64,000 bases of DNA from Lama glama (Eukaryota), in contig CM052831.1 in assembly GCA_028534125.1 (NCBI GenBank), positions 12,338,001 to 12,402,000 of the forward strand, written 5' to 3'. Below, piece by piece: positions 37,250 through 49,589 of the stretch. How positions within the stretch are numbered: position 1 is the first letter of the stretch; each line of letters starts with the position of its first letter. The translations under genes and the position numbers were made by a program. The notes below the pieces were generated by a model, which was not told where the DNA came from, searched no databases, and worked only from the letters and a program-made list of their open reading frames with translations.

Positions 37250-38770
37250 GGAAATTTTTAAAGGATAGCATTTGCAATAGCACCAACAAATGAATCTAAC
37301 CAAAGATGTACAAGACCTTAACAATACCAGAAACCTGTGGAACTTTATTCAGACATAGTCAATAATAGCTAAATGAATGTAAAGAGGTACCATGGTTCAT
37401 AGGCGGGAAGATTCAATATTGTAAAGATATCTCTTCTCCCCAAATTGATCCATGTATTCGAAATGAACAGGTTTTACTTTGAAACTTGACAAGTAGATTC
37501 TGAAATTTAAATAGCAGGACAATGACCAAGAACAGTCAAAACAGCCCAGAAAAGGAAATACCTAGAGGAGACATCTGCCTTACTAGATATCAAGAGTTAT
37601 AAAAATCTGACATTTATGAAATAATGGTATTGGTCCAGGGATAGATGAACAAATTGGTAGAACAGTGTGGAGAACCCAGAAACATATTCACACACATATG
37701 GAAGTTCCACTGACAGGTTAGTGGGAAATAGGAATTTTCCTATAAATAGTGCTAAAACATAACTCATAACTAAAAACAAAACATGACTCATAACTAAAGC
37801 AAGGCAATTCCATGTGAATGAAAGACCGAGAGAAGAACAGCGAAAGTACAACAGTTTTAGAAGACAATATAGAAAAAAATGCCTTCACCATTCCATCCAA
37901 GGAATTCTCCATTTTTTCTGGAGTTGATCCTTTAGCGTAGAAGGATTTCTTAAATACAGTAGCAGTAGAAGCCATAAAGGAAGAGAGTTAAGTTCAATTA
38001 CATTAAAATTAAGAGCATCTGTTCGTTTAAAACACCAAGTGGTGGAGACTATGAGTGCTCCCAAACACCAACATGGGATTATTCCACACTTCCCAGACTC
38101 CTTTGAGGCAGCACAATCAGAGGCAATTTGGGCAGAAGTGACGGAAGCCACTTCCAGACCTCACACTTAAAAATACCCTACACAGTCCTCAGCTCTCCTC
38201 CCTGGCCGTGTGTTTTCTAAGGCACAGATGAAGATGGAGGACCACTCTACTAACATCAGACTTTGTTATCCACTGAGGTTCAAGATTTATTTGTTCCCCA
38301 CATATAGCCTAACCTATACTGACTGATAAACACCATAGAGAAAATGACAGCCACAAAGTGGAGAAGCCATTTTCAGTACATCTGCTTGATAAAAGATGAG
38401 CATCCAATATATATTTTTAGACTTCTATGAATTAATAAGAAAAAGATAAACATGTCAATAGAAAAATGGTCGAAAAGATTTGAACAGCCTCTTTCAAAAC
38501 GGTCAATAATCACATAAAAAGATATCAATTTCTTTAATAAATGAAAAAAAATGATACCTCACCTTTTGCACTCCCAACAGAACGACAAAATGTTTTGAAG
38601 TCTGACCCTCGCCAGTGTTAACACAGGTATGGAACAATAGGAATTCTCATTCACTGCTAATGGAAGTAAAAATCAATACAACCACTTTGGAAAACATCTT
38701 AGCATTACTTAACTGAAGTTAAAAAGCTCATACATTTCCACCCAGTGACTCTGCTCTTAGGTATACACTC
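37250..38770 (+). mobile_element. Degraded old L1 ORF2 (L1ME-like), interrupted by an MLT1 LTR
   Basis: 'aatctaaccaaagatgtacaagacct', 'gggaagattcaatattgtaaagat...tctccccaaattgatc', 'tacaaccactttggaaaac'. Confidence 0.8.
38038..38330 (+). mobile_element. MLT1I/J-like LTR inserted in L1
   Basis: Exact 5-bp TSD cacca at 38033-38037 and 38331-38335; 'gggcagaagtgacggaagccacttccagacc'. Confidence 0.8.
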
Positions 38771-38775
38771 CAGGC

Positions 38776-38971
38776 CAGTGCTCTCCTATAGAACTTTGAT
38801 GTTGACAGAACTACTCTATAATCTGGTTGTTCAATATGGTAGTCACTTGCTACATGTGGCTCCTGAGCACTTAAAATGTGGTCAGTGTGACAAAGGTCTA
38901 GGATATTTTATTTTAACTCACTTTAATTTTAATCAAAACATTTACATGAGCTAATACATTGGATAGCACAG
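38776..38971 (+). mobile_element. MER3 hAT-Charlie MITE
   Basis: 'cagtgctctcctatagaacttt...ggtagtcacttgctacatgtggctcctgagcacttaaaatgtgg...attggatagcacag'. Confidence 0.85.
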
Positions 38972-39154
38972 GCCTAGGCCTAGGGGGGAAAAGAAAACTG
39001 GGCCACTTATACTTCTGGGAAGAAAAAATAGATCCATTTTTCTTATTCCTCCCACTAAATACAACTAAAATTATGGTAGAGTTAGGGGAGGAGATACAGA
39101 TGACTCTGCATGGTAAAGAGACGGCAAACCGATTGGGACCTAGGGATCCTATTA

Positions 39155-40855
39155 CGAAGATGAAAAGATAAACTAAAGATAGGGAGAAAATATTTGCAAA
39201 CCATATGTCCAACTAAGGTCAGGCATTCAGAATACTTAAAGAACTCATAAAATACAACATTAAAAAAGCAAATAATCTAAATAGAACATGGCCAAAAGAC
39301 ATTTCACCAAAGAAGATATATAGATAGTATATAAGAGGATAAAAAGATGTTCAACATCATTAGCTATTATGGAAATGAAAATCGAAACCATAATGTGATT
39401 CCACTGTACACCTAACAGGATGGGCAAAATAAAACACAATGGCAACACCAAAAGCTGGCAGGGATGAGAAGAAATTGAATTACTCAAACATGCTGGTGGG
39501 AATGTAAAAATGGCACAGCCACTTTGGAAAACCATTCAGCAGTTTCTTAGACAACTGAAGATGTAATTATTATATGACCCAGCAATTGCCTTCCTGGGCA
39601 TTTACCATAAGGAAATGAAGAATAAGATTTACATCAAAACCTGGACCCAAATGTTCGTGGTAGCTTTATTTGTAATAGCCAAAAACTGAAACACCTGATG
39701 GTGTTCAACAGGTATATGGTTAATCAAACTATGGTGCACCCATACCACAGAATACGACAGCGAAAAAAAGAAATGTGCTATCATTACACACAACAAGCTG
39801 GATGAATTTCCAGAAAATTAGGCTGAACTAATAANNNNNNNNNNNNNNNNNNNNNNNNNNNNNNNNNNNNNNNNNNNNNNNNNNNNNNNNNNNNNNNNNN
39901 NNNNNNNNNNNNNNNNNNNNNNNNNNNNNNNNNNNNNNNNNNNNNNNNNNNNNNNNNNNNNNNNNNNNNNNNNNNNNNNNNNNNNNNNNNNNNNNNNNNN
40001 NNNNNNNNNNNNNNNNNNNNNNNNNNNNNNNNNNNNNNNNNNNNNNNNNNNNNNNNNNNNNNNNNNNNNNNNNNNNNNNNNNNNNNNNNNNNNNNNNNNN
40101 NNNNNNNNNNNNNNNNNNNNNNNNNNNNNNNNNNNNNNNNNNNNNNNNNNNNNNNNNNNNNNNNNNNNNNNNNNNNNNNNNNNNNNNNNNNNNNNNNNNN
40201 NNNNNNNNNNNNNNNNNNNNNNNNNNNNNNNNNNNNNNNNNNNNNNNNNNNNNNNNNNNNNNNNNNNNNNNNNNNNNNNNNNNNNNNNNNNNNNNNNNNN
40301 NNNNNNNNNNNNNNNNNNNNNNNNNNNNNNNNNNAAAACCTGGACCCAAATGTTCGTGGTAGCTTTATTTGTAATAGCCAAAAACTGAAACACCTGATGG
40401 TGTTCAACAGGTATATGGTTAATCAAACTATGGTGCACCCATACCACAGAATACGACAGCGAAAAAAAGAAATGTGCTATCATTACACACAACAAGCTGG
40501 ATGAATTTCCAGAAAATTAGGCTGAACTAATAAAGTCAGTCCTCAAAGGTTATACACTGTAGAACTCCATTTACAAAACATTCCTGAAAAGAAAAAAATA
40601 CAGCACTGGAGAACAGGATTAAGGACAGAGGCAGGGTTTGAGGAAAGTGAGCATGGCTATCCTTGGGCTGATGGAAATGTTCTGTATCTTTACTACAGCA
40701 ATTTCAATATCCTGGCTGTGATATTATACTAGAGTTTTACAAGATATTCCAACAGAGGAAACTGGGTAAAAGTTATGTGGACTGTCTCCATATTATTTGT
40801 TATAACTTCATGTGAGTACAATTATCATAAAGCAAAAACTTTAATCTTTAAAATA
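39155..40855 (+). mobile_element. L1MC/MD-like ORF2 end + 3'UTR spanning the gap
   Basis: 'gggagaaaatatttgcaaaccatatgtc', 'tgctggtgggaatgtaaaaatggcacagccactttggaaaac', 'gatggaaatgttctgtatctt'. Confidence 0.85.
39835..40334. other. Assembly gap (500 N)
   Basis: Run of N; flanks share an identical 199-bp sequence. Confidence 0.99.
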
Positions 40856-41859
40856 CTGGAAAGAACTCGAGTTATCCATCAACAACAAAATGCAGAAATA
40901 CATTGTTATATATTCATTTACTCATTGGAATGCAAGCAAAAGCAAAGTTAATAATTAAATTCAGTAAAGGTTATTAGCTCTGAAGGGAAGAGAAAGAGAT
41001 GATTTTAGGGATGGGCACTTAAGGAGATTCCAAAGCAAGAGTAATATTTTCCCCCATAAACTGAGTAGTGGGTACACAGGCATTCATTGTATTATTATTC
41101 TTTATACTTTTATTATACTTTATAAACTTTTACATGTATTTTATAAATTTGAAAAGACTTGAAATTTTAAAGTTCTTTTCAGAGTAAGAAAAAAACTTCC
41201 ATTATAATCTGTTTTTAAAGGACATTTTAACTGTACCAATAAACTATAAATTAAAAACTCCACATCTCTCAATAATAAGTGCTGAATAATTTCAACAAAA
41301 AAGTAAGCACTGCATTTAGCAATTAAGATTAGAATTTATATTCTTCTTCTGAAAAAAATGTGTCAGACAACAGAAAAATGATTAGAATGTAGTTAGAGAC
41401 AAGGTAGCCATGAGACATGAGATAAAAGATGAAAGGGAAACACATAATTTAAGGTAAAAAAATGAGGCATTTTTTTCTAAATGCAGGTACCATAATGATG
41501 TTGGACTAGGTTTTAGAACAGCACTGGGAAAGGGTAAAACTTCTTGAAGTTCAAAAGCAGATGGGGGCTTTACTATATTCGATGTGGAGGACCCAGGTGG
41601 CTCCAGCCATCAATCAAATGTGCTAGTGTTTCAGTGTTTGAATGGCTTTAAGGAAAAGGAAGAGCATTCAGAATACAGCACTCAATGAAGGAAGGGCCTG
41701 GAGAATTCTATGAAGGATGCAAAACCAAATCGTTAGGGCAGGGGATACGAGAAACAGAAATTTAGTGGAAGTGTCTATCAAATTCTGAGCAAAGTTCATA
41801 TGGAGGAGGGAAGATAAGCCTACAGCTGGCACGGCTTTGGGGGCTAAATGAAAATTAAC

Positions 41860-42120
41860 AAGTAATAGCTGACCCTTGTTGAACACTTACTATATTTCAG
41901 GCATGGTGCTGAATGATTTACATGCACTGGTTCATTTGGTAATCACAGAATTCTTCTGCAGTGGGACTATTATAGGTGATTTTATAGGTGAGGAATCTAA
42001 GACTCAATGAGGCTGATGGCTTACCTGAAGTCATGCTGCTAAAGAGGAGCAGAATCAAGACACAGACCTGGATCTGTCTCGCAGACTCCAGAGCCCGTGC
42101 TCCAAACCACTGCACATTCC
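41860..42120 (-). mobile_element. MIR, near full length
   Basis: 'ttttataggtgaggaatctaagactcaatgagg...cttacctgaagtcatg...gactccagagcccgtgctccaaaccactgcac'. Confidence 0.8.
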
Positions 42121-43334
42121 GCTTCAGCATCAAGAAATGGGAGGAGCGAAGAAAAGTTGCAATTAAGAGTGTCCTCCTGCTTAGGAAAGGAATGGAAGGC
42201 ACCTATAGCAACCACACGAATAACTTAATATTGGTCTACATTAGTCAACTGCCACAAAGTTCAACAGGTGTAAACTTTCAGCTTTTAAAGTGATTCAATG
42301 GTTAAGGTTCCCACCCTTTCTTCTTGGTCTGTTTTTTTCATTTCATTGCTATCATCTGTACCATGTTGTAGGCTGTGGAAAAAATCATATACTATTTTTG
42401 TATGCATGCTGTTATTCATTAAGCAGTGTAAGGGGTTGGGGGGAAGCTGTGAGGAACCCCCAAAAGTATCACATTGTAACATTTTTGCCCACTTCATGAG
42501 AGAGGACTTAACATGAAGGAAGGAAATCCCGATGAGGTCTAGGAAAGAAACTAGGATTTCTCAAGCAAAGTACTTAACATTTGCATCTGTGTGAAGAAGA
42601 GCACACAACACCTTTTCTACATATTTTGAAGAAGAGCAAGAATCCCACTTTTTACGGTTGTTTGGAAAATGAAAAGCCTTTTTTCCTAACACCAGCAGCA
42701 ACCTGAAAAAGTAGTTCTGTTCTTATGAAGGGCGGAATTTTTTCTGAGAGCACAAAACGAACTTGCCCTTGGTGTAATACAGCAATGCTTCTCCCCATCA
42801 GCAGAAATAGCAACACATTTCCTGCAGCTCAAATTTGCAGTTTCTCTCGGAAAATATCTTGGGTTTTGTATATGCATATTCATAAAATGAAAATAACTTG
42901 ATTCGCTGGCACTCTGGGCCTGGAAGCAGAGGGGTTGGGGGAGAAATATTCCTAGGGGTACAAGAAAAAAAAAACTAGGGCTCGAGAAGGCAAGAGAGTG
43001 AATGGAAAAGACAAGTCAGCCCTCTGGAAACAGAAGAAGGTACAGATGTTAACAGTGCAGATGTGCCAGGGAAAGAATACAACTTTTCTACTCAAGATAC
43101 GATAGCATGAACTTGAAAACCCCAGCCACCTGACCCAGATGGCGGAGACTCTCATGTCTGCCAGTGCAGAGCTGAAGGTGTGTCTGTAGGCAAGCTGGCT
43201 GGGACTCCAGCCAGGGAGACAGAAGTGAAGCTGGGAAGGAGACGGAGGCATTCTGAGCCTTTCTAACAGAGGTGCCCTTCAGAACTGGGTTCCTGTCTAC
43301 TTAGGTGGCAGCAGCCTACAGAAAAGTGGGGGGA

Positions 43335-43680
43335 TTGCTAGATCTTTGTGCCTCCAGTTCCACTCTCTACCTTTGTCTGTTGTTGTTGTTGTTGTTGTTG
43401 TTGTTATTATTATTGATGGAAGGAGGAAACTTCATCATGTTTATTCCCCAGCTCCTTCCCTGCTAGGCTGTGAGGCCACAGTGGCTGTTCTTCTTCCAAG
43501 GCCACAGCTGGGGTTGGGCAACACTAACTGTTTCCCGATGTTGCTAGCCGTGGGGAGCTTCACCGTCTCTTCTGGCTTCTTTTAACACTGCCCTGAGTTT
43601 TATAATGATCCCTCCTCACCATCAACTCAATTACCCCATTTGGATGTTTTATCTGTTACCTCCAGGACCCTAACTTGGTC
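43335..43680 (+). mobile_element. LTR33-like ERVL LTR with (GTT)n expansion (43378-43405)
   Basis: 'cctccagttccactctctacc', 'tttattccccagctccttccctg', end 'atctgttacctccaggaccctaact'. Confidence 0.7.
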
Positions 43681-43899
43681 AGTAGATTTGTTCTGGCTAT
43701 TGAGTCCTAGAAAGGCAATCTGAAGAGGAGGAAAGCATAGTTGTGATGATGGGAGAGAAACCTCCAGGACAACCTGCTGTTCGTGGTCCTTGGCTGTCCT
43801 CTAGGAAAGCAGCACTACTACCGACGCCATCTGGCTTAGGTTATGGTGTTGCAGAAATTAAGAAAATGACATTGGGTGTTATTGGGAGCTTGGAGATGG

Positions 43900-44145
43900 G
43901 AGGCAGTATGAGGTTATGGAAAAAACAACAGGCTTGAGGGTCACACAGACCTGGGTCTGTTACTTAGTACTATTGTAGCTCCCCTAAAAGTTACTTACGT
44001 CTCTGAAACTCATTTTTTTTTCCATCTATTTAAAAGATAATAGTGCTTACATCTTAAGGATTTTGTGTGATGGTTAATGATTAAGGTAACAGATGCAGTG
44101 CATCTAGGATGGAGTACAGAGAATTACAGGTAATAGGTCATTGTT
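43900..44145 (+). mobile_element. MIR
   Basis: 'gtcacacagacctgggt...aagttacttacgtctctgaaactcattt'. Confidence 0.7.
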
Positions 44146-44569
44146 AGCCCCCTTCTTCCTTCTCTGTTTCTCAGCAAGAGGACAAGGGATGGAGGGCAAG
44201 TCCTGAAAGAATAGATGGTTCTGCTGGGGAGAGGTGATGACAATGCTGGACTATCATTTTGCTAGTAAAAGGCTGTGGTACCCAGGGGAAGGTGCACTGC
44301 ATCGGTACCAGATCTGGACTCAAGGTTTAGAGCATCCACAAAGTCCACAGACTTTATGCAAGGTGTCTCTCTTCTCTGAGCTTCTATGTCCCACCAGAAA
44401 AGCAAAGCCTCTGGGCCAGATTGCCCCTTCCTAAGGTCCAGTCACAGTCCAAAATTAGAAGGAAGACTAGAGAATAAGGAGGGGAGGATATGCCCCCTTA
44501 ACTTCCAAAAGGAAAATAAGGAAGGTGATAGAAATGAAAATTGTGCATTACATTATCGATAGCAAAAAT

Positions 44570-44898
44570 AATGTGTTGGCAGGCCATAAACTAGGATCAT
44601 TTGTATTTTGTTTGACCTTCTCTGGAGGTGGTTTAAGATTTCACATTATTCGACAACTTTAAAAGTCAGGAGACATATGAAAATTCACATTATCAACTTG
44701 TTTTGAAGGTCTTTCTGTACCATCCCACCCCTACCCCCACCACACAACTTCCTACAGGGTGACAGAGGCCAGAGCTGAGTGACATCTGACACCCTCAAAG
44801 AGGACCTGCACCCCCTGTTGGCCACAACCTTCACCTGAATCACTTCACTCATACATGTTACATGCTAGGCTCCTGGAGACATTTGAGTGCCTGACACT
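44570..44898. mobile_element. MER102-like hAT-Charlie element
   Basis: 'cacttcactcatacatgttacatgctaggctcctggagacatttgagt' resembles a MER102 terminus. Confidence 0.6.
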
Positions 44899-45079
44899 CA
44901 AAAAAAAATTAAGAAATGTTAAAGGCTCAATATTAAAGGCTCTCCAGTAGCTTAAAAATTGCCTCCTATTGTCATTAAAATAGAAAATAAAAATAAAAAC
45001 TAAGAGTACATTGGTACAATACAACTGATAACTGACCCAGGGAACAATTCAGTGATATTATTTTGCCAGCAAGAATTTG

Positions 45080-46580
45080 ATTGTGTCACCTCTTACATTG
45101 TTGGTCACTTTTGCCAATGAAACAGCCACATTTGATTCTAAAAACTAGTAAATGAGGGGGGAAAAATAAGAAATATTATCTTTTCAAAGAGAACTCTATT
45201 TCCAGGTAATAATAGTTGATTTGGGGAAATTCCACTTTATAGAGAGGAATCTAAGCTAATAATTGCAGAAGGAATGATAGAAATAGGATATTAGTATTTT
45301 ATAATGCCCATGATAAGCACTAATGATTGCTAACTCCACAAAATAAGGCAAGACTGGATGTTAAATGCACATAATACCACCTAAAGTGTTCTTAGCAAAA
45401 AAAAAAAATCTAAACTGGGTCTTATCAAATCTGTAATTCTAACAATCTCACCACCCACTAAAAAACAAAAGGGACAGAGAAACTGGTTAAATGATACCAT
45501 GAGGATACAATCAGCAAAATCTAGACCTCAGAAATTCTATGCTAATTTAACAAATATATACTAAGGAAAAAGTAAGGGAGGGAGAGAAATCATTCATAGA
45601 TTAAAAGAGACAATACGAATCAGCTAAGGGCAATGTATGGATCTCATTTAAAACTTGATTCAAGCAAACAGAAAGTTAAAAATAAAGTCATAAGGCAATC
45701 AGGGGACATTTAAATATTGAGTGGATGTTCAATGGCATTCAGGAATCAATGTCATTTATTTGGTATAAGAATCACACTGGCAGGATGGCTGGGGTTGGGG
45801 GGAGGGCGCTGAAGTTGGGTATGTCCCTATGCCCGGAGCAGTTAGGCTTTGATAAAACCTCCACAGGTTAGGCTCTGGTAAAACAGTTTCACCTGAGATC
45901 AGGTCTTGCTGAGGAGAGTAGAATGCTCTGGTGTATTTCAAAATGGTTCCTTTTCCCTTCCCTCTGCCAGAAGTATGTGGGGCTGGTTCTCCAAAACTCA
46001 CTGTGAGGACCTGATAGAGCTCCAGGGGGTAAAACTAACAAAAATGTGGGGCCCCCGTATGACTGGGTTCCCCTGGGGTTTTTAACCCTCAGAGTTGCCC
46101 ACACTGAGCCTCTAGCAATTCACAGTTCAGGCTTTTCCTGCGTGGGCACTGGTTCCCAAAGAGGCTTCTGCTGGTGGGTTTCTGCTTCAGTGAGTTATGC
46201 TTCTCTGTACCCACTTGTTTGTCTCTCCAATACTGAGGCAGTGGTTTGACTTGTGACCTCACTTCTCTGACATATACAAAAATAGTTGTTGATTTTTCAG
46301 TTTATTCAACTTTTGACTTGTTAGGACAAAGTGGCAACTTGTAAGTTCTGGCCAAAGACTAGAAGTCTACTTTTTTTTTTTTTTAAAGAGTCTTTATCTT
46401 TTAAAGAGATATGCAGAAATACCTATAGGTAAAATGATATAATATCTGGGATGCCACAAAATAATCTGAGATAATGGGGATACAGATGAAACAAGACTGG
46501 CCATAAATTGATCATTTCTGAGTTGGTGTTCAGTATATTATTCTCTATATTTTGTATTCATTTTCAAAATACAGTTTTTA
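45080..46580 (+). mobile_element. L1MC-like 3'UTR interrupted by an inverted L1 5' piece
   Basis: 'gaggatacaatcagcaaaatctagac', 'catagattaaaagagac'; resumes after 46380 with 'tacagatgaaacaagactggccata'. Confidence 0.7.
45780..46368 (-). mobile_element. Old L1 5'UTR (L1MC/MD/L1M-type 5' end)
   Basis: Reverse strand reads gacttc...ccactttgtcctaacaag...aactgaaaaatcaacaact...tcagagaagtgaggtcaca, resembling ancestral L1M 5' ends. Confidence 0.7.
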
Positions 46581-47732
46581 ATGTGTCCTCTTTTTTATGC
46601 CAATAGCTATCTCTCTCCAACAGTCAGGTCCATTTCCCTCCCTCCCTCTCTTCCCATCCTTTTCTCCAAATACCTTGTAAATATTGAACACAGCTCAATG
46701 GTGTCTTAAGAGAAAGAAAAATACCTACACCTTAGCAGTATTTCCCATACTTTAGTCCTTCACACTTCACTTACATCTTGAATACCCCATGCTATTATCT
46801 TCATTAGTTTTTTAACATTAACTCTTTTTCTTAATTTTGTCCTAAGAATATTATCCATGAAAGCAAAAGAAAAGCAGTTCTAGCAAAATTTTAATAGATA
46901 TAAAAATAAATCTCTAACCAGTAAAATAAAATGCATTGTTTAATGTACCTCTTTAAATCAGTTTCACTTTACCAGAAGATACGTGTGCTATCCTCTGGGA
47001 AATACTGTACTAGCGTGAGTGATGGTCACAATCATGGAGAGGTACATAAACTCCCCCCACAGCACCCTTGAAAAATATAAGTCATATTATACCTCCTCTT
47101 TCCTGTTCTAACATTTATTTGGAAGATGATTAAGTGGCAGAATTAGAATCGCTTACTTCTCTAATATAGCAATTTGTCTTAAATCTGAATTTCTAGTAGA
47201 AATTGCACCTACATTACTATGCAAATTCCCAATAGTTTCAGAGAATTCAATTGTTATCCTAGCTGTCCATCACACAAGAGAAGTATAAAGACATTTTTGC
47301 TTCTTAAGAGATGTTTCACAACTCTAGCTAAAAGGAGGAACTACTGCTTTGGATTCGCTTTGTATTTAATTTATCTGAAAAGAGAACTCGGAATGAATTG
47401 ATCAGAAAGGATGGTATTTTGTTTCTGAATGCAGTCATGTAAAAATCAATGTACATATAAATGTGGCAATCCATACCAACTGTGTTTGGAGTTCTGGTTT
47501 CTTTTTCACTGCCTAGATTGAGTTTTCTTTCATTGGATCAGTGCTTTAGAGACTTCGAGGGGGAAAAAAAAATAGAAGAGAGCGAAAATTTAGACCCTGA
47601 TTAAATCATATAGAACTTAACAAATGACAATTCTTTGTTTCTTTGGTTATAGCAATGCAACAGGACCAGCAGCTTAATGATTATAAGAAAATAAATGCAC
47701 CAATAAATTGGTCAGTTACTACTACCACCATT

Positions 47733-47901
47733 AAAACAAGATCTTATGGTAGCTCACAGAGAAAAAAATGTGACAATGAATATATATATGTTCATGTATA
47801 ACTGAAAAATTGTGCTCTACACTGGAATTTGACACAACAGTGTAAAATGATTATAAATCAATAAAAAATGCTAAGAAAAACAAAACAAACAAACAAAAAA
47901 A
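47733..47901 (+). mobile_element. Young L1 3' end with A-rich tail, probably camelid-specific
   Basis: 'atggtagctcacagagaaaaaaatgtgacaatgaat...tgtaaaatgattataaatcaataaaaaa'; near-identical to the reverse of 18890-19017. Confidence 0.85.
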
Positions 47902-49054
47902 CCCCCTGTTTATTCACTACTGGGTATGCAACAAAATCCATGAAACCCATGTAAGAAAATGCTTCAGAAAATTGAATGACTACTGAATACTGGAACCTCA
48001 TAAAAAGCAACCAGGAAAATTTGTGTAATGCACCAGGCTTTTAAATTAGCCTTAAAACAATGAACATCAATTTTCAACCTTTTTAGGTTATTTTACATCA
48101 AAGAATGTGATGAATGTTGCAATATCACTTTTTACTCTGGTGCAAAAAAGTATTATTCTCTGTAGACATTACAACATAAAACAAAAATGCTTTTATTACC
48201 AGTAGCAATGATGTGACAAGCCTGATAAATGCTAGTTTAAGATTCCTGTGGGTTTTGGCATCCCTTCACACTTATTTTCAAGTTACTAATAGATTCTGTA
48301 GGTTTGACTAGCCATCATTTAAGAGTGTCATTTAGTCTGAAATGACAGAAAAGTCAAATGTTCTTAAATGTCCAATTTTTCTCTATTCCCTGACCGAGTT
48401 GCTAATGACTAAGAGTAATATCTTTTATTCATGTTGTCTGAGTGATGAAATGGTCATTGCCAAATAATGAATATGAAGCAGAGATGTTTTCATTTAACAC
48501 TCTTAAAAAAAACTTTTAACAGGAACCTGGCTACCCTGTTTTAGGTTTTCTTTTTTTAAGACTTGGATTGACAGATAAATTCTTCCAAATGAATGGTCCT
48601 TAAATACCCCTCATGTAAAACCTAGATGTGTTACATGAAGCCTGCTACAAATGGTTGGGTTATAGGCTAATTAGTGTGGTGAAGACCAAAGCGTGGTTTT
48701 ACTGTTTTCTTTCACACTGGGGAGGTTTCTAAAATGGTGACAATCAGGGACCTCCATGTAAATAGTTAATGACAAAATGCTCTCAAGCAGCATTTTCTTT
48801 GAAAGTTACATGTTATATGAAACAGGACATAATAGCCACACTGGGTATCTCTGGGCTGGTTACTATGAATTTTGAAGTGTAAATAATGAGCTCAGATCCC
48901 TCAGGTTGAAATTTAACTCTTAATATTTTGACTTGCCATTTGGCAAAATGTAGCTTTTTTTCTTTGCAAACAGTTCCAAAGAAGCTTTAGGCATCTCAGA
49001 GCCTGTACAAAACAGTGCTTATCGTTGTTGGAAACTTTCATTTCTTCATTTACT

Positions 49055-49290
49055 AATTCATTCCTTTTTTTTTTCTTTCAACTGTATGCCAAAGCACTGC
49101 ATTATACACAAGGGGAACAGTGGTGAACAAGACAGACATTTCTCCTTTCTTACAAAGACTATGCCAATGGGAATTTAAATAACGAACAATAAATAAGGCA
49201 GTTTCACACAGTGAGAGAGTGGCAGAAAGGGATAGAAGATTGGATGCTACTTTAGATAGAAGGGTCAACAGAAAAATTGATGACCATGAG
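49055..49290 (-). mobile_element. L2 fragment
   Basis: 'tatgccaaagcactg...acagtggtgaacaagacagac'. Confidence 0.7.
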
Positions 49291-49495
49291 CAGTGATACT
49301 CAGAACATGTTCCCTGGACCAGCAGCACCTGCATCACCTGCATCACCTGAGATTATAATAGGAATGCAAATTCTTGGGTCCCTCCCTTGACCTACTGAAT
49401 CAGACACTCTAGAAGTAAGCTGAGCTGTCTTGTTTTAACAAGCGCCATTCCTCACCTCCCAAGTGATTCTGACACACCTTTGCATCTTGAAGTTC
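49290..49495. mobile_element. MER5A
   Basis: 'ccctggaccagcagcacctgcatcacct...gacctactgaatcagacactct...ttttaacaag...gtgattctga'. Confidence 0.85.
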
Positions 49496-49589
49496 TGGTG
49501 ACTTTTAAGTAATAGTCTACCTTCTCTTGATGACACATCTGCTCCCACCTTGAGTTATTTCCCATTTTGTTGATCCTCAAGAGAATCTA

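Noticed and set aside
39784-40495. Longest ORFs in the track (173-225 aa)
   Set aside because: They are long only because they run through 500 N; the remainder is antisense L1
43346-43585. ORF with a poly-Val 'transmembrane' stretch
   Set aside because: Produced by a (GTT)n microsatellite in an LTR
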